The notes: generated by a model from the letters alone, not told the origin. A stretch of 64,000 nt of DNA from Rhodobacterales bacterium (GCA_047921295.1 JBLRWK010000015.1:4128-68127); one strand, 5' to 3'. Positions 46,830 to 56,075 are shown, counted from the first letter of the stretch. Numbers and translations: made by a program.

Positions 46830-48299
46830 TCAGTCGGCTGGCACAGCGGGCGTCTCGGGAACCTCTTCCTCAGCATCTGGGGTGTCGTCCTCGACCGCTG
46901 CGTCAGCCGGTGGCGCGCCGTCCTGCCAGACGCCGCTGACCTCCTGACCGGAGGCGTAGCGCATCGTACCCTCGCCCTGCCTGCGGCCCGCGCTGAACGT
47001 GCCCTCGTAGACATCGCCGTTGGCATAGGTGGCCGTGCCGCGCCCGTCGATCTCGCCCGCGCGCCATTCGCCGCTATAGCGAAATCCGTCCGGCATCACG
47101 ATCTCGCCGGTGCCCTCGCGCTGGCCTTCCACGAACGCGCCGGTATAGACGGTGCCGTCGGGATATGTGGCGACCCCTTGGCCGTGGCGTTGCCCGTCCT
47201 GCCATTCACCCTCGTAGCGGTAGCCGTCGGGATAGGTCATCACGCCGGTGCCGTGGTTGCGCGCCTCGCGGAACCCGCCCTCATAGACCAGACCATTGGC
47301 ATAGACGGCGCGGCCTTCGCCCTCGATCACGCCGGCGGACCATTCCCCCTCATAGGTGGAGCCGTCGGGATAGGTAATCGTGCCCGTGCCGTCGGGCAGG
47401 TCGGCGCGGAACTGGCCCTCGTAGATCGAGCCGTCCGGATAGGTGACGCGGCCCTGTCCCTCGATCTGTCCGGCAACCCATGACCCGTCATAGACATAGC
47501 CATCCGTGCCGGTAAAGACGCCCTGTCCCTCGCGCAGATCATCGACGAACGCGCCGACATAGGTGTCACCGCTGGCATAGGTCACGCGGCCGATACCCTC
47601 GCGGCGGCCATTGACCAGCGTGCCCTCGTAGATATCGCCATTGGGCTGGGTCAGCTTGCCCTCGCCGTTGATCTGACCGTCCAGCCACGTGCCCTCGTAG
47701 ATCAGCCCGTCCGGCATGGTCAGCGTGCCCACACCCTCGCGCGCGCCGCGCACAACCGCACCTTCATAGACCGCGCCATCGGGATAGGTGATCCGCGCGG
47801 TACCATCTTTCACGCCGCGATCCCATGTGCCGTCATAGACATAGCCGCCTTGACTTTGCATGACGCCGCGCCCGTGGTGCATCGCCTCCAGAAAGCCGCC
47901 CTCGTAGCGCATGCCGTTGGCATATGAGGCGATTCCCTCGCCGGTGATCTTGCCGTCGACCCATTCGCCCTCGTAGGTGCCGCCATCGGTAAAGACGATG
48001 CGCCCCACGCCTTCGGGCTTGCCGCGCTGGAACTGGCCCTCGTAGACCGAGCCGTTGGGGAAGCGCGCCACGCCATTGCCACGGATCTCGCCCTCGACCC
48101 AGTCGCCGGTATATTCATAGCCATTTGGCAGACGATAGGTGCCGGTGCCATGCTGCAGCCCGTTCAGGAACGTGCCTTCATAGACGCCGCCGTCGTCATA
48201 CTGCTTGGTCTGAACCTCGTCGGATTGTTGTGCCGACAGGTCCGCGCCCAGCGCCAGCCCCGCCACAAGGCACATCCCGAAGATCGCGCGCATCTGCAT
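46830..48299 (-). CDS. secreted MORN-repeat protein
   Basis: The track ORF is 46830..48341. I prefer ATG 48299 (MQMRAIFGMCLVAGLALGADLSAQ). About 19 consecutive YEGxWxxGxxxGxGxxxxxxG units follow, then an acidic, Pro-rich C-terminal tail. Confidence 0.85.
   Translation of the reverse strand: MQMRAIFGMCLVAGLALGADLSAQQSDEVQTKQYDDGGVYEGTFLNGLQHGTGTYRLPNGYEYTGDWVEGEIRGNGVARFPNGSVYEGQFQRGKPEGVGRIVFTDGGTYEGEWVDGKITGEGIASYANGMRYEGGFLEAMHHGRGVMQSQGGYVYDGTWDRGVKDGTARITYPDGAVYEGAVVRGAREGVGTLTMPDGLIYEGTWLDGQINGEGKLTQPNGDIYEGTLVNGRREGIGRVTYASGDTYVGAFVDDLREGQGVFTGTDGYVYDGSWVAGQIEGQGRVTYPDGSIYEGQFRADLPDGTGTITYPDGSTYEGEWSAGVIEGEGRAVYANGLVYEGGFREARNHGTGVMTYPDGYRYEGEWQDGQRHGQGVATYPDGTVYTGAFVEGQREGTGEIVMPDGFRYSGEWRAGEIDGRGTATYANGDVYEGTFSAGRRQGEGTMRYASGQEVSGVWQDGAPPADAAVEDDTPDAEEEVPETPAVPAD
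46917..48200 (-). repeat. in-frame tandem array of about 19 MORN units (23 codons, 69 nt each)
   Basis: The unit is visible in the protein as recurring (V/I/T/R)Y(E/D/T)G(T/E/Q/G)(F/W). The copies are diverged at the DNA level. Confidence 0.8.
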
Positions 48300-48466
48300 A
48301 TTGCCAGTTCCTGATTGCTGTGGCCCACCCGGCAGGGGCAAGCCGTGCCAGTGTCAGAACCTAAAGGAGGGCAGCCGTACAGACAACGCCTTTTGCCGCA
48401 TATCGGCTTTCCCTTGCCACCTGATCTGCTAAGTCATCGGTCCATAGACTGAACTGAGGGCAGACC

Positions 48467-50131
48467 ATGGCTGACCGTTTTCGCCTGACACTCGCGCAGC
48501 TCAACCCCGTGGTGGGCGATCTGGACGGCAATGCCGCCCGTGTGCGCGCCGCGTGGCAGCAGGCGCAGGCCGCCGGAGCCGACATGCTGGCGCTGCCCGA
48601 GATGTTCATCACCGGCTACCAGACGCAGGATCTGGTGCTCAAGCCCGCCTTCCACCGTGCCGCGATGGAGGCGATTGAGACGCTGGCACGCGATTGCGCG
48701 GATGGTCCCGCCATCGGGATCGGCGGGCCGTTCGCGCGGGAAGGCCATCTCTATAACGCCTATTACATATTGCAGGGCGGGCAGATCCGCGCCCGCATTC
48801 TCAAGCAGCACCTGCCGAACGAGGATGTCTTTGACGAACATCGCCTGTTCACCCCCGGCCCGCCGCAAGGCCCCTACAGCATCGGTCCTTTGCGGATCGG
48901 CAGCCCCATCTGCGAGGATTCGTGGCATGCGGATGTGGCCGAGACATTGGCCGAGACGGGGGCCGAGATGCTGCTGGTGCCCAACGGCAGCCCCTATGCG
49001 CGCGGCAAGATGGAAATCCGCCAGAACCTGATTGTGGCGCGTGTGGTCGAGACCGGCCTGCCGCTGGTCTATCTTAACATGGTGGGCGGGCAGGACGATC
49101 AAGTCTTTGACGGCGGTTCTTTCGTGCTTAACCCCGGCGGCGCGCTGGCAGTGCAACTGCCGCTTTTCGAAGAAGCCGTGGTGCATGTCGATTTCACCCA
49201 CACGGCAGAGGGCTGGATGGCGGATGCGGGCACGCTCGCGCCGGCTCTGGACCCGCTGGAGCAGGACTATCATGCGATGGTGCTGTCCTTGCGCGACTAT
49301 ATGGCCAAAGCGGGGTTCCGCACCGCCATTCTGGGCCTGTCGGGCGGGGTCGACAGCGCCATCGTGGCGGCCATTGCCGCCGATGCTATCGGTCCGCAAA
49401 ACCTGCGCTGTGTGATGCTGCCGTCTGAATATACCTCGCAAGCCTCGCTGGACGATGCGCGCGGCGTGGTCGATGCGCTGGGCTGCGCCTATGATACTGT
49501 GCCGATCAGCGGGCCAAGGGCGGCGGTGACAGAGGCGCTGGCGCCGCTTTTCGCGGGTCATGGGCCCGATCTGACCGAGGAGAATATCCAGTCCCGCCTG
49601 CGTGGCCTGCTCTTGATGGCGATGAGCAACAAATTCGGCAACATGCTGCTGACCACTGGTAACAAATCCGAGGTCGCGGTGGGCTATGCCACGATCTACG
49701 GCGATATGGCGGGCGGCTACAATCCGATCAAGGATATGTACAAAACCCGCGTGTTCGATGTCTGCCGCTGGCGCAATGACAATCACCGCGACTGGATGAT
49801 GGGGCCAGCGGGCCAAGTGATTCCGCCCGCGATCATCGACAAGCCCCCCAGCGCCGAACTGCGCCCTGATCAGAAGGACGAGGACAGCCTGCCGCCCTAT
49901 CCGGTGCTGGACGGTATCCTGCAAATGCTGGTGGACGAGGATGCCTCGGTCGCCGATTGCGTGGCCGCAGGCTATGACCGCGACACCGTCAAACGGATCG
50001 AGCATCTGGTCTATATCAGCGAATACAAACGCTTCCAGTCAGCACCCGGCACACGGCTCAGCTTGGGTGCCTTCTGGCTGGACCGGCGCTATCCGATCGT
50101 GAACCGCTGGCGCGACACCAGCGGCGCCTGA
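48467..50131 (+). CDS. nadE: glutamine-dependent NAD+ synthetase
   Basis: 554 aa. The N-terminal CN-hydrolase domain has LALPEMFITGY and ICEDSWH. The C-terminal synthetase domain has LGLSGGVDSA and a TTGNKSE-type block. Confidence 0.9.
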   Translation: MADRFRLTLAQLNPVVGDLDGNAARVRAAWQQAQAAGADMLALPEMFITGYQTQDLVLKPAFHRAAMEAIETLARDCADGPAIGIGGPFAREGHLYNAYYILQGGQIRARILKQHLPNEDVFDEHRLFTPGPPQGPYSIGPLRIGSPICEDSWHADVAETLAETGAEMLLVPNGSPYARGKMEIRQNLIVARVVETGLPLVYLNMVGGQDDQVFDGGSFVLNPGGALAVQLPLFEEAVVHVDFTHTAEGWMADAGTLAPALDPLEQDYHAMVLSLRDYMAKAGFRTAILGLSGGVDSAIVAAIAADAIGPQNLRCVMLPSEYTSQASLDDARGVVDALGCAYDTVPISGPRAAVTEALAPLFAGHGPDLTEENIQSRLRGLLLMAMSNKFGNMLLTTGNKSEVAVGYATIYGDMAGGYNPIKDMYKTRVFDVCRWRNDNHRDWMMGPAGQVIPPAIIDKPPSAELRPDQKDEDSLPPYPVLDGILQMLVDEDASVADCVAAGYDRDTVKRIEHLVYISEYKRFQSAPGTRLSLGAFWLDRRYPIVNRWRDTSGA

Positions 50132-50536
50132 TCATTCCCACCACGGATCAACGACCGCGATATCCTCGTCCGACCAGCCGAAGTGGTGCGCGAATTCGTG
50201 CACCGTCACATGGGCAACCAGATCGGCAATCGTGACATCGCCCCTGTCGCGCCACTCCTGAAGGATCGGCTCGCGGAACAGCCAGACCGTATCCGGCCCC
50301 ATCGGCTGGTCGAAGACCGACTTTTCGGTCATCGGAATCCCGTCGTAGAGCCCTGTCAGATCCAGCGGATCGTCGATCTCCAGCTCCTTCAGCATATCCG
50401 CATCCGGCCAGTCGATCACGCAGATCGCCACCTCTTGCGCAGCGGCCTTGAACGGCGCGGGCAGGGCATCCACCGTCTGGCGGGCCATCTGCTCCATCTG
50501 GTCGAGGCTGGGAATCTGTTCTGTCATGCCGCTCAT
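50132..50536 (-). CDS. metallopeptidase family protein (zincin-like, HExxH)
   Basis: The track ORF is 50132..50653. I prefer ATG 50536 (MSGMTEQ). Contains the HEFAHHFG motif. Its stop abuts the convergent nadE stop with no spacer. Confidence 0.7.
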   Translation of the reverse strand: MSGMTEQIPSLDQMEQMARQTVDALPAPFKAAAQEVAICVIDWPDADMLKELEIDDPLDLTGLYDGIPMTEKSVFDQPMGPDTVWLFREPILQEWRDRGDVTIADLVAHVTVHEFAHHFGWSDEDIAVVDPWWE

Positions 50537-50667
50537 ATGACTTGCCTGACGGGAAATTGAAACGCCCCGCTGCGTTGGTGAGAGGAAAGCGACCTTTGCG
50601 TCGTATCGGGGCGTGTGATCCGCGCCACAGTCTGCGACAAGCACGAACCTCATGACAGGATACCAAC

Positions 50668-51219
50668 ATGATCGCCGTTCACGCGCAGACAGCGGCCTTC
50701 ACCGCCGAGGAATGCGACCGGATCATCGTGATCGCGGATGCCGCTCCGGCGCGGGAGGCGCGGCTCGTGGGGCAGGCGCAGGATCACAACCTCCGGCGCG
50801 CCGATCTGGTCTGGCTCGACGATGTGCCGGGGTGCGCTTGGGTGATGGACCGCATCATCGACGTGGTGCGCATTGCCAATCGCGATACGTTCGGCTTCGA
50901 TCTGCAAAGCTTTTCCGAAAGCGCACAGGTCGCCCGCTATGATGCCGCGCGCGAGGGGCATTTCGACTGGCATTCCGATATCGGCGATGGCCCTCTGGCA
51001 CGGCAACGCAAGCTGACCATGGTCGTGCAACTTTCCGAACCTGATGCCTATGAGGGCGGCACATTGGAAGTCATGCCAAGCGCCCATGTGCATCAGGCCA
51101 GCCCCGTGCGCGGCGATGCGACGATCTTTCCCAGCTTCCTGTTGCACCGCGTCACGCCTGTCACCACAGGCCAGCGTCAGTCCCTGACGATCTGGGCGCA
51201 TGGTCCGGCCTTCCGCTGA
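50668..51219 (+). CDS. 2OG-Fe(II) oxygenase family protein
   Basis: 183 aa. WHSD (HxD) together with a later LLHRV His, and KLTMVVQLS...YEGGTLE, fit the double-stranded beta-helix oxygenase pattern. Confidence 0.7.
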   Translation: MIAVHAQTAAFTAEECDRIIVIADAAPAREARLVGQAQDHNLRRADLVWLDDVPGCAWVMDRIIDVVRIANRDTFGFDLQSFSESAQVARYDAAREGHFDWHSDIGDGPLARQRKLTMVVQLSEPDAYEGGTLEVMPSAHVHQASPVRGDATIFPSFLLHRVTPVTTGQRQSLTIWAHGPAFR

Positions 51220-51254
51220 CAGCGCCGCCAAAGTGCATGGCAGGGCCGTGTATC

Positions 51255-51308
51255 GAGTATTTCAGGAACAATGAAAAAACGGCCTGCTTCATCGTTCTAT
51301 AAATACTC
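51255..51308. repeat. AT-rich imperfect inverted repeat built from two diverged copies of the dispersed repeat (head to head)
   Basis: GAGTATTTCAGGAACAATGAA, a 12-nt loop, then TTCATCGTTCTATAAATACTC. About 17-18 of 21 positions pair. It lies between convergent stops at 51219 and 51341. Confidence 0.55.
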
Positions 51309-51340
51309 AATTACCAAAGGGCAGCAGGATGCACAGCCCG

Positions 51341-52417
51341 TCAGGTTTTGGACGCGATGATCCGGTTCACATGGCCCATCTTGCGGCCCGCCTTGACCTC
51401 GGCCTTACCGTATAGATGCAGCGCCGTCGCCGGTTCTGCCGCAAGCGCTGGCACACGGTCCATATCCGCGCCGATCAGGTTCTCCATCACCACATCCGCG
51501 TAACGCGTCCCGTCGCCCAGCGGCCAGCCCGCCACCGCACGGATATGCTGCTCGAACTGGTCGATGGCGCAGCCGTTCTGTGTCCAATGGCCGGAATTAT
51601 GCACCCGCGGTGCAATCTCGTTCACGATCAGCCCATGCGGCGTCACGAACAACTCCACCCCCATCACGCCGACATAATCCAGCGCGTTCAATATCTTGGC
51701 GGTCAGCAGCACAGCATCCATCCGCAAAAAGGCGGACAGGCGCGATGGCACCGTGGTTGTATGCAAGATGCCGTCGCGATGTACATTCTCGCCCGGATCG
51801 TAGCAGGAGACCTGCCCGTCGGCATTGCGCGCCCCGATCACCGAGACCTCGTAGGTGAAATCCACGAACCCTTCCAGAATGGCCGGGCTACCCGCCATAT
51901 CCGCCAAGGCGCGGGATGCATCATCCGGCGTCATCAGCCGTGACTGGCCCTTGCCATCATAGCCGAAGCGGCGTGTCTTGAGGATCGACGGCAGGCCGAT
52001 GGCCGCAATCGCCGCCTCAAGCGAGGCGGCATCGTCCACCGCACGGTAGGGGGCTGTCATCAGCCCCAGCCCGCTCAGGAAATCCTTCTCGGTGATGCGG
52101 TCCTGACTGATCCGCAGCGCCTCGCGTCCCGGCCGGATGGGGCGGAGCGGCTCCAGCAGGTCCAGCGCCGAGGTGGGGATGTTCTCAAACTCGTAGGTGA
52201 TCACATCGCAGGTGGCGGCAAAGCGGCGCAAGGCGGCAGCATCCTCGTAAGGGGACGTGGTGACCTGATGCGCCACATCGGCGGCAGGCGGGTTTGCGCC
52301 CGGCTCGAAAATATGGGTGCGAAAGCCCAGACGGCTGGCCGCGACAGACAGCATCCGGCCCAGTTGCCCGCCACCCAGAATGCCAATGGTCGCGCCGGTT
52401 TTCAACGGATCACTCAT
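51341..52417 (-). CDS. purK: 5-(carboxyamino)imidazole ribonucleotide synthase
   Basis: The track ORF is 51341..52468. I prefer ATG 52417 ([23 protein letters not shown]), which overlaps purE by 8 nt. ATP-grasp blocks are present. Confidence 0.9.
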   Translation of the reverse strand: MSDPLKTGATIGILGGGQLGRMLSVAASRLGFRTHIFEPGANPPAADVAHQVTTSPYEDAAALRRFAATCDVITYEFENIPTSALDLLEPLRPIRPGREALRISQDRITEKDFLSGLGLMTAPYRAVDDAASLEAAIAAIGLPSILKTRRFGYDGKGQSRLMTPDDASRALADMAGSPAILEGFVDFTYEVSVIGARNADGQVSCYDPGENVHRDGILHTTTVPSRLSAFLRMDAVLLTAKILNALDYVGVMGVELFVTPHGLIVNEIAPRVHNSGHWTQNGCAIDQFEQHIRAVAGWPLGDGTRYADVVMENLIGADMDRVPALAAEPATALHLYGKAEVKAGRKMGHVNRIIASKT

Positions 52418-52898
52418 CCACGGGCACCTCGGGGATGGAGGCGGACAGATCCGCGCGCCACGCCTCAAGCCTTGTGGCCAGCGCGCCGTCCTGCAAGGCC
52501 AGAATGCCCGCTGCCATCAGCCCCGCATTGGCCGCGCCTGCCGCACCAATCGCCATGGTCGCCACCGGATAGCCGCGCGGCATCTGCAGGATGGAATAGA
52601 GGCTGTCCACACCCGACAGCGCTTTGGTCTGCACCGGCACACCGATCACCGGCACCCGCGTCTTGGACGCCATCATGCCCGGCAGATGCGCGGCCCCGCC
52701 AGCCCCCGCGATGATGACCTGAAGCCCACGCTCCACCGCCGTTTTGCCGTAGTCCCACAGCCGGTCGGGCGTGCGATGCGCCGAGACGATCCGCGCCTCA
52801 TAGGCCACGCCAAGCGCGTCCAGCATATCGGCTGCTTCTTTCATGGTTGGCCAGTCCGACTGGCTCCCCATGATGATCCCTACCTTGATCTCGGCCAT
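52410..52898 (-). CDS. purE: 5-(carboxyamino)imidazole ribonucleotide mutase
   Basis: The track ORF is 52410..52940. I prefer ATG 52898 ([16 protein letters not shown]). Contains VSAHRTP and [13 protein letters not shown]. Confidence 0.9.
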   Translation of the reverse strand: MAEIKVGIIMGSQSDWPTMKEAADMLDALGVAYEARIVSAHRTPDRLWDYGKTAVERGLQVIIAGAGGAAHLPGMMASKTRVPVIGVPVQTKALSGVDSLYSILQMPRGYPVATMAIGAAGAANAGLMAAGILALQDGALATRLEAWRADLSASIPEVPVDE

Positions 52899-52976
52899 GC
52901 GTGTGCACCCCTTAACAGATTGAGCGCGCACTATAGCCAAGCCGCGCTGCGGTGCAATGAGGTCCGACCAGCTATG

Positions 52977-53201
52977 TCAGGCGATAATATCGGGCGTCAG
53001 GCGGTCCTCGATACGGGCGATCAGATCCTTGAGGCGGAGCTTCTTCTTCTTGAGCCTCTGGATCGTCAACTGATCGCCAGTGCCCTTTTGCGTCAGGGCG
53101 GCGATCGCATCGTCCAGATCGCGGTGCTCGCGGCGGAACACTTCAAGCTCCACGCGCAGCACATCGTCGGTCTTCATTGAGATATCACTTACTGCGTTCA
53201 T
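52977..53201 (-). CDS. YdcH/DUF465 family protein
   Basis: The track ORF is 52977..53270. I prefer ATG 53201. Contains FRREHRDLDDAI and IQRLKKKKLRLKDLI, typical of DUF465. Confidence 0.75.
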   Translation of the reverse strand: MNAVSDISMKTDDVLRVELEVFRREHRDLDDAIAALTQKGTGDQLTIQRLKKKKLRLKDLIARIEDRLTPDIIA

Positions 53202-53337
53202 GTCCGACACTCCCCGGCAGGTGATTCCCCCGTCTCTGTAACGAAGCTCCAACATACTGAAAAACAGCAAAATCGCAAAGAAACTCGGTCACAGCGCGCG
53301 CTTTTGGCGCTTTGCGCCCGCCTTAACAGATGTCGCA

Positions 53338-53366
53338 CTTGCACAGTCGCAGGTGGCTACCCATAT
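53338..53366 (+). promoter_or_regulatory. candidate sigma32 (RpoH)-type promoter of hsp20
   Basis: CTTGCA (53338-53343), 16 nt, then CCCATAT (53360-53366). Compare the heat-shock consensus CTTGAA-N13-17-CCCCATnT. It lies about 67 nt upstream of the hsp20 ATG. Confidence 0.5.
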
Positions 53367-53407
53367 TTCCGTTATAGGGTTGCCGTAAAGGGACCCGCAA
53401 GTTGGAC

Positions 53408-53435
53408 GGTCGCTTAAGACAAGGACGTGTCGATG
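53408..53435 (+). promoter_or_regulatory. candidate ROSE-like RNA thermometer hairpin masking the hsp20 SD
   Basis: GGUC(G)CUU-AAGAC-AAGGAC. The UCGCU anti-SD pairs with the SD AAGGA, leaving one bulged G. ATG 53433 lies 7 nt after the SD. Folded by eye only. Confidence 0.4.
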
Positions 53436-53846
53436 ACAAAACTGACATTGGGGTCACACCCATATATGCTGGGGTTCGACCAGTTGGAACGTTTGCTGGA
53501 GCGTAATGCGAAATCCGGGAACGAGGGCTATCCCCCTTTCAATATCGAACAGACCTCGAATAATTCCTACCGCATCACCCTTGCGGTAGCTGGCTTTGCC
53601 GAATGCGATCTGGCCATCACCGTGGAGGACCGCCAGTTGGTCATCCGGGGCCGACAGCGCGATGAATTGGAGGGCAGGGTGTATCTGCACCGTGGCATCG
53701 CAGCACGCCAGTTCCAGCGCAGTTTCGTGCTGGCCGATGGTGTCGAGGTCGGCGAGGCGATTATGGAAAACGGCTTGCTGCACGTGGATCTGACCCGCGC
53801 CCAGCCCGAGACAGTCGTGCAATCAATCAAGATCAGAAAAGGATAA
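53433..53846 (+). CDS. Hsp20/alpha-crystallin family small heat-shock protein (IbpA-like)
   Basis: The track ORF starts at GTG 53427. I prefer ATG 53433. Contains GFDQLERLL, YPPFNIEQTSNNSYRITLAVAGF and LLHVDL. Confidence 0.9.
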   Translation: MTKLTLGSHPYMLGFDQLERLLERNAKSGNEGYPPFNIEQTSNNSYRITLAVAGFAECDLAITVEDRQLVIRGRQRDELEGRVYLHRGIAARQFQRSFVLADGVEVGEAIMENGLLHVDLTRAQPETVVQSIKIRKG

Positions 53847-53851
53847 CGCAG

Positions 53852-54079
53852 ATGGACACGAAAGTAGACTTCGATCTGATGGGTGAGAACCCGATCGTCT
53901 ATGTACGGCCCGTCAAGGTTGCCGATCTGCCCGAAGAAATCCAGCAGCAGGCCGAGGGTGTCGAGACGCTTTACGCCGTGCATGACGAACGCGGCGCGCA
54001 GCTTGCGCTGGTCAAGGATCGGCGGCTGGCCTTTGTTCTGGCGCGCCAGAACCATATGGACCCGGTGACAGTGCACTGA
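53852..54079 (+). CDS. DUF1150 family protein
   Basis: 75 aa. Contains IVYVRPVKVADL and LYAVHDERGAQLALVKDRRLAFVLARQNHMDPVTVH. From memory it typically follows hsp20 in alphaproteobacteria. Confidence 0.8.
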   Translation: MDTKVDFDLMGENPIVYVRPVKVADLPEEIQQQAEGVETLYAVHDERGAQLALVKDRRLAFVLARQNHMDPVTVH

Positions 54080-54128
54080 TTTGGCAGGCGCAATTTGCGC
54101 CGCCTTTCCGTGGGCACCATCAGAATGC

Positions 54129-54166
54129 AAAAAGGCCGCATCAACTGGATGCGGCCTTTTGTTTTT
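54129..54166. terminator. bidirectional rho-independent terminator
   Basis: AAAAA-GGCCGCATC-AACTG-GATGCGGCC-TTTTGTTTTT. It lies between the convergent stops at 54079 and 54188. Confidence 0.8.
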
Positions 54167-54187
54167 GTCTCGCTTGCCCCGGCAGGA

Positions 54188-55894
54188 TCACCCTGCGATC
54201 AGGCCCATGCTTTCGAGCTTCAGAATGACCTGATGCGCGCAGTTGTCGACATCGACATTCTCGGTATCCAGACGCAATTCCGGGTTCTCAGGCATATCGT
54301 AAGGGTCTGAAATGCCGGTGAACTCCTTGATCTTGCCTTCACGCGCCAGCTTGTAGAGCCCCTTGCGGTCGCGGCGTTCGCATTCCTCGATGCTGGTGGC
54401 GACATGCACCTCAAGAAACGCACCGAATTGCTCGATATCCTCGCGCACGGCGCGGCGCGTCGTGGCATAGGGGGCGATGGGCGCGCAGATGGCGATGCCG
54501 CCGTTCTTGGTGATCTCGGAGGCGACATAGCCGATCCGGCGGATGTTCAGATCGCGGTGTTCCTTGCTGAAACCCAGCTCGGAGCTGAGGTTTTTGCGCA
54601 CCAGATCACCATCCAGCAGCGTTACAGGACGGCCACCCATTTCCATCAGCTTGATCATCAAAGCGTTGGCGATGGTCGACTTGCCGGAGCCTGAAAAGCC
54701 CGTGAAAAAAACGGTAAAGCCCTGCTGCGACCGTGGCGGGCGGGTGCGGCGCAGCTCGGCCACGACCTGCGGGAACGAGAACCATTCCGGAATCTCCAGA
54801 CCCTCGGCCAGACGACGGCGCAGTTCGGTGCCGGAAATATCCAGAACGGTCGAACCTTCGGGAACCTCGTCCGCAGGGTAATATTGTGCCTTCTCCTGCA
54901 CATAGACCATGTGCTTGAAGTCAACCATCTCCAGTCCGATCTTGGCCTCATGCTCCTTGAACAGGATCTGCGCATCATAAGGCCCGTAGAAATCCTGCCC
55001 CGCCGAGTTCTTGCCGGGGCCAGCATGATCGCGGCCCACGATGAAATGCGTGCAACCGTGGTTCTTGCGGATCAGCCCGTGCCAGACTGCCTCGCGCGGG
55101 CCAGCCATGCGCATGGCAAGGTTCAGCAGGCTCATCGTCGTGGTGGCCGAGGGGTATTGGTCCAGCACAGCCTCGTAGCAGCGCACGCGGGTGAAATGGT
55201 CCACATCGCCGGGTTTGGTCATGCCGACAACCGGATGGATCAACAGGTTCGCCTGCGCTTCGCGGGCGGCGCGGAAGGTCAGTTCCTGATGCGCGCGGTG
55301 CAGCGGGTTGCGGGTCTGGAAGGCCACAACCTTGCGCCAGCCCAGCTTGCGGAAGAGGGCGCGCAATTCGTTCGGCGTATCGCGGCGGCCTTTGAAATCA
55401 TAATGGACCGGCTGCTGGATGCCGGTGATCGGGCCGCCCAGATAGACCTTGCCGGCAGAGTTGTGCAGGTAGTTCACCGCAGGATGCGCGGAATCGTCGG
55501 CCCCAAAGACCTTTTCGGCCTCATGCGCCTTGTTCGGCACCCAGCGGTCGGTCACGGTCATCGTGGCGAGGATGACGCCTTCCTGATCGCGCAGGGCGAT
55601 GTCCTGTCCAAGTTCCAGCGTCTCGGCGAAAGCCTCGGACACGTCCAGATTGATCGGCATCGGCCAGAGCGCGCCGTCCTTGAGCCGCATCGTATCAACG
55701 ACACTCTCGTAATCTTCCTGCGACATGAAGCCTTTGAGCGGGTTGAAACCGCCGTTCATCAGCAGCTCCAGATCGCAAATCTGGCGAGGGGTCAGATCCC
55801 AACTGGTGAGTTGGGCGGCCTCGACCTTAAGTTTTTGCGCGCTTTCGTAGGAGACGTAGAGTTCGGGAATGGGGGCCAGATTAGGCGTATACAT
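54188..55894 (-). CDS. bifunctional sulfate adenylyltransferase/adenylylsulfate kinase
   Basis: The track ORF is 54188..55945. I prefer ATG 55894 (MYTPNLAP). The ATP-sulfurylase blocks are QTRNPLHRAHQELT and GRDHAGPG. The C-terminal APS kinase has the P-loop FFTGFSGSGKSTIA. Confidence 0.9.
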   Translation of the reverse strand: MYTPNLAPIPELYVSYESAQKLKVEAAQLTSWDLTPRQICDLELLMNGGFNPLKGFMSQEDYESVVDTMRLKDGALWPMPINLDVSEAFAETLELGQDIALRDQEGVILATMTVTDRWVPNKAHEAEKVFGADDSAHPAVNYLHNSAGKVYLGGPITGIQQPVHYDFKGRRDTPNELRALFRKLGWRKVVAFQTRNPLHRAHQELTFRAAREAQANLLIHPVVGMTKPGDVDHFTRVRCYEAVLDQYPSATTTMSLLNLAMRMAGPREAVWHGLIRKNHGCTHFIVGRDHAGPGKNSAGQDFYGPYDAQILFKEHEAKIGLEMVDFKHMVYVQEKAQYYPADEVPEGSTVLDISGTELRRRLAEGLEIPEWFSFPQVVAELRRTRPPRSQQGFTVFFTGFSGSGKSTIANALMIKLMEMGGRPVTLLDGDLVRKNLSSELGFSKEHRDLNIRRIGYVASEITKNGGIAICAPIAPYATTRRAVREDIEQFGAFLEVHVATSIEECERRDRKGLYKLAREGKIKEFTGISDPYDMPENPELRLDTENVDVDNCAHQVILKLESMGLIAG

Positions 55895-55999
55895 GCTATG
55901 ACTTTCAATACGGATCAGACGGGATACTGGGAACAGGTTGAACATGGCTTACCCCTGCAGCCGGATCGCAGGAGTGAGCGCCGTCTAGCTTCTGAAACA

Positions 56000-56043
56000 G
56001 GCCAAATTCAAGCCAAGTTTGGCCGAAAACGCGTTTTCGGACC
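56000..56043. other. two overlapping palindromic hairpins downstream of trxB
   Basis: GGCCAAA-11 nt-TTTGGCC (56000-56024) and the perfect palindrome CCGAAAACGCGTTTTCGG (56023-56040). No U-run follows on the minus strand. Confidence 0.45.
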
Positions 56044-56075
56044 AAAGTGGCGCATTTTTGCAGAGCTTTGGGGGA

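Noticed and set aside
46917-48200. Regular 69-nt periodicity that could be mistaken for a CRISPR or satellite array.
   Set aside because: It is an in-frame coding repeat (MORN units) with no spacer/repeat alternation, and the DNA copies are diverged.
53038-53057. GCTTCTTCTTCTTGAGCCTC resembles the reverse form of the dispersed repeat.
   Set aside because: It lies inside the DUF465 CDS and encodes the conserved KKKKL stretch. It also lacks the AAATATCC half.
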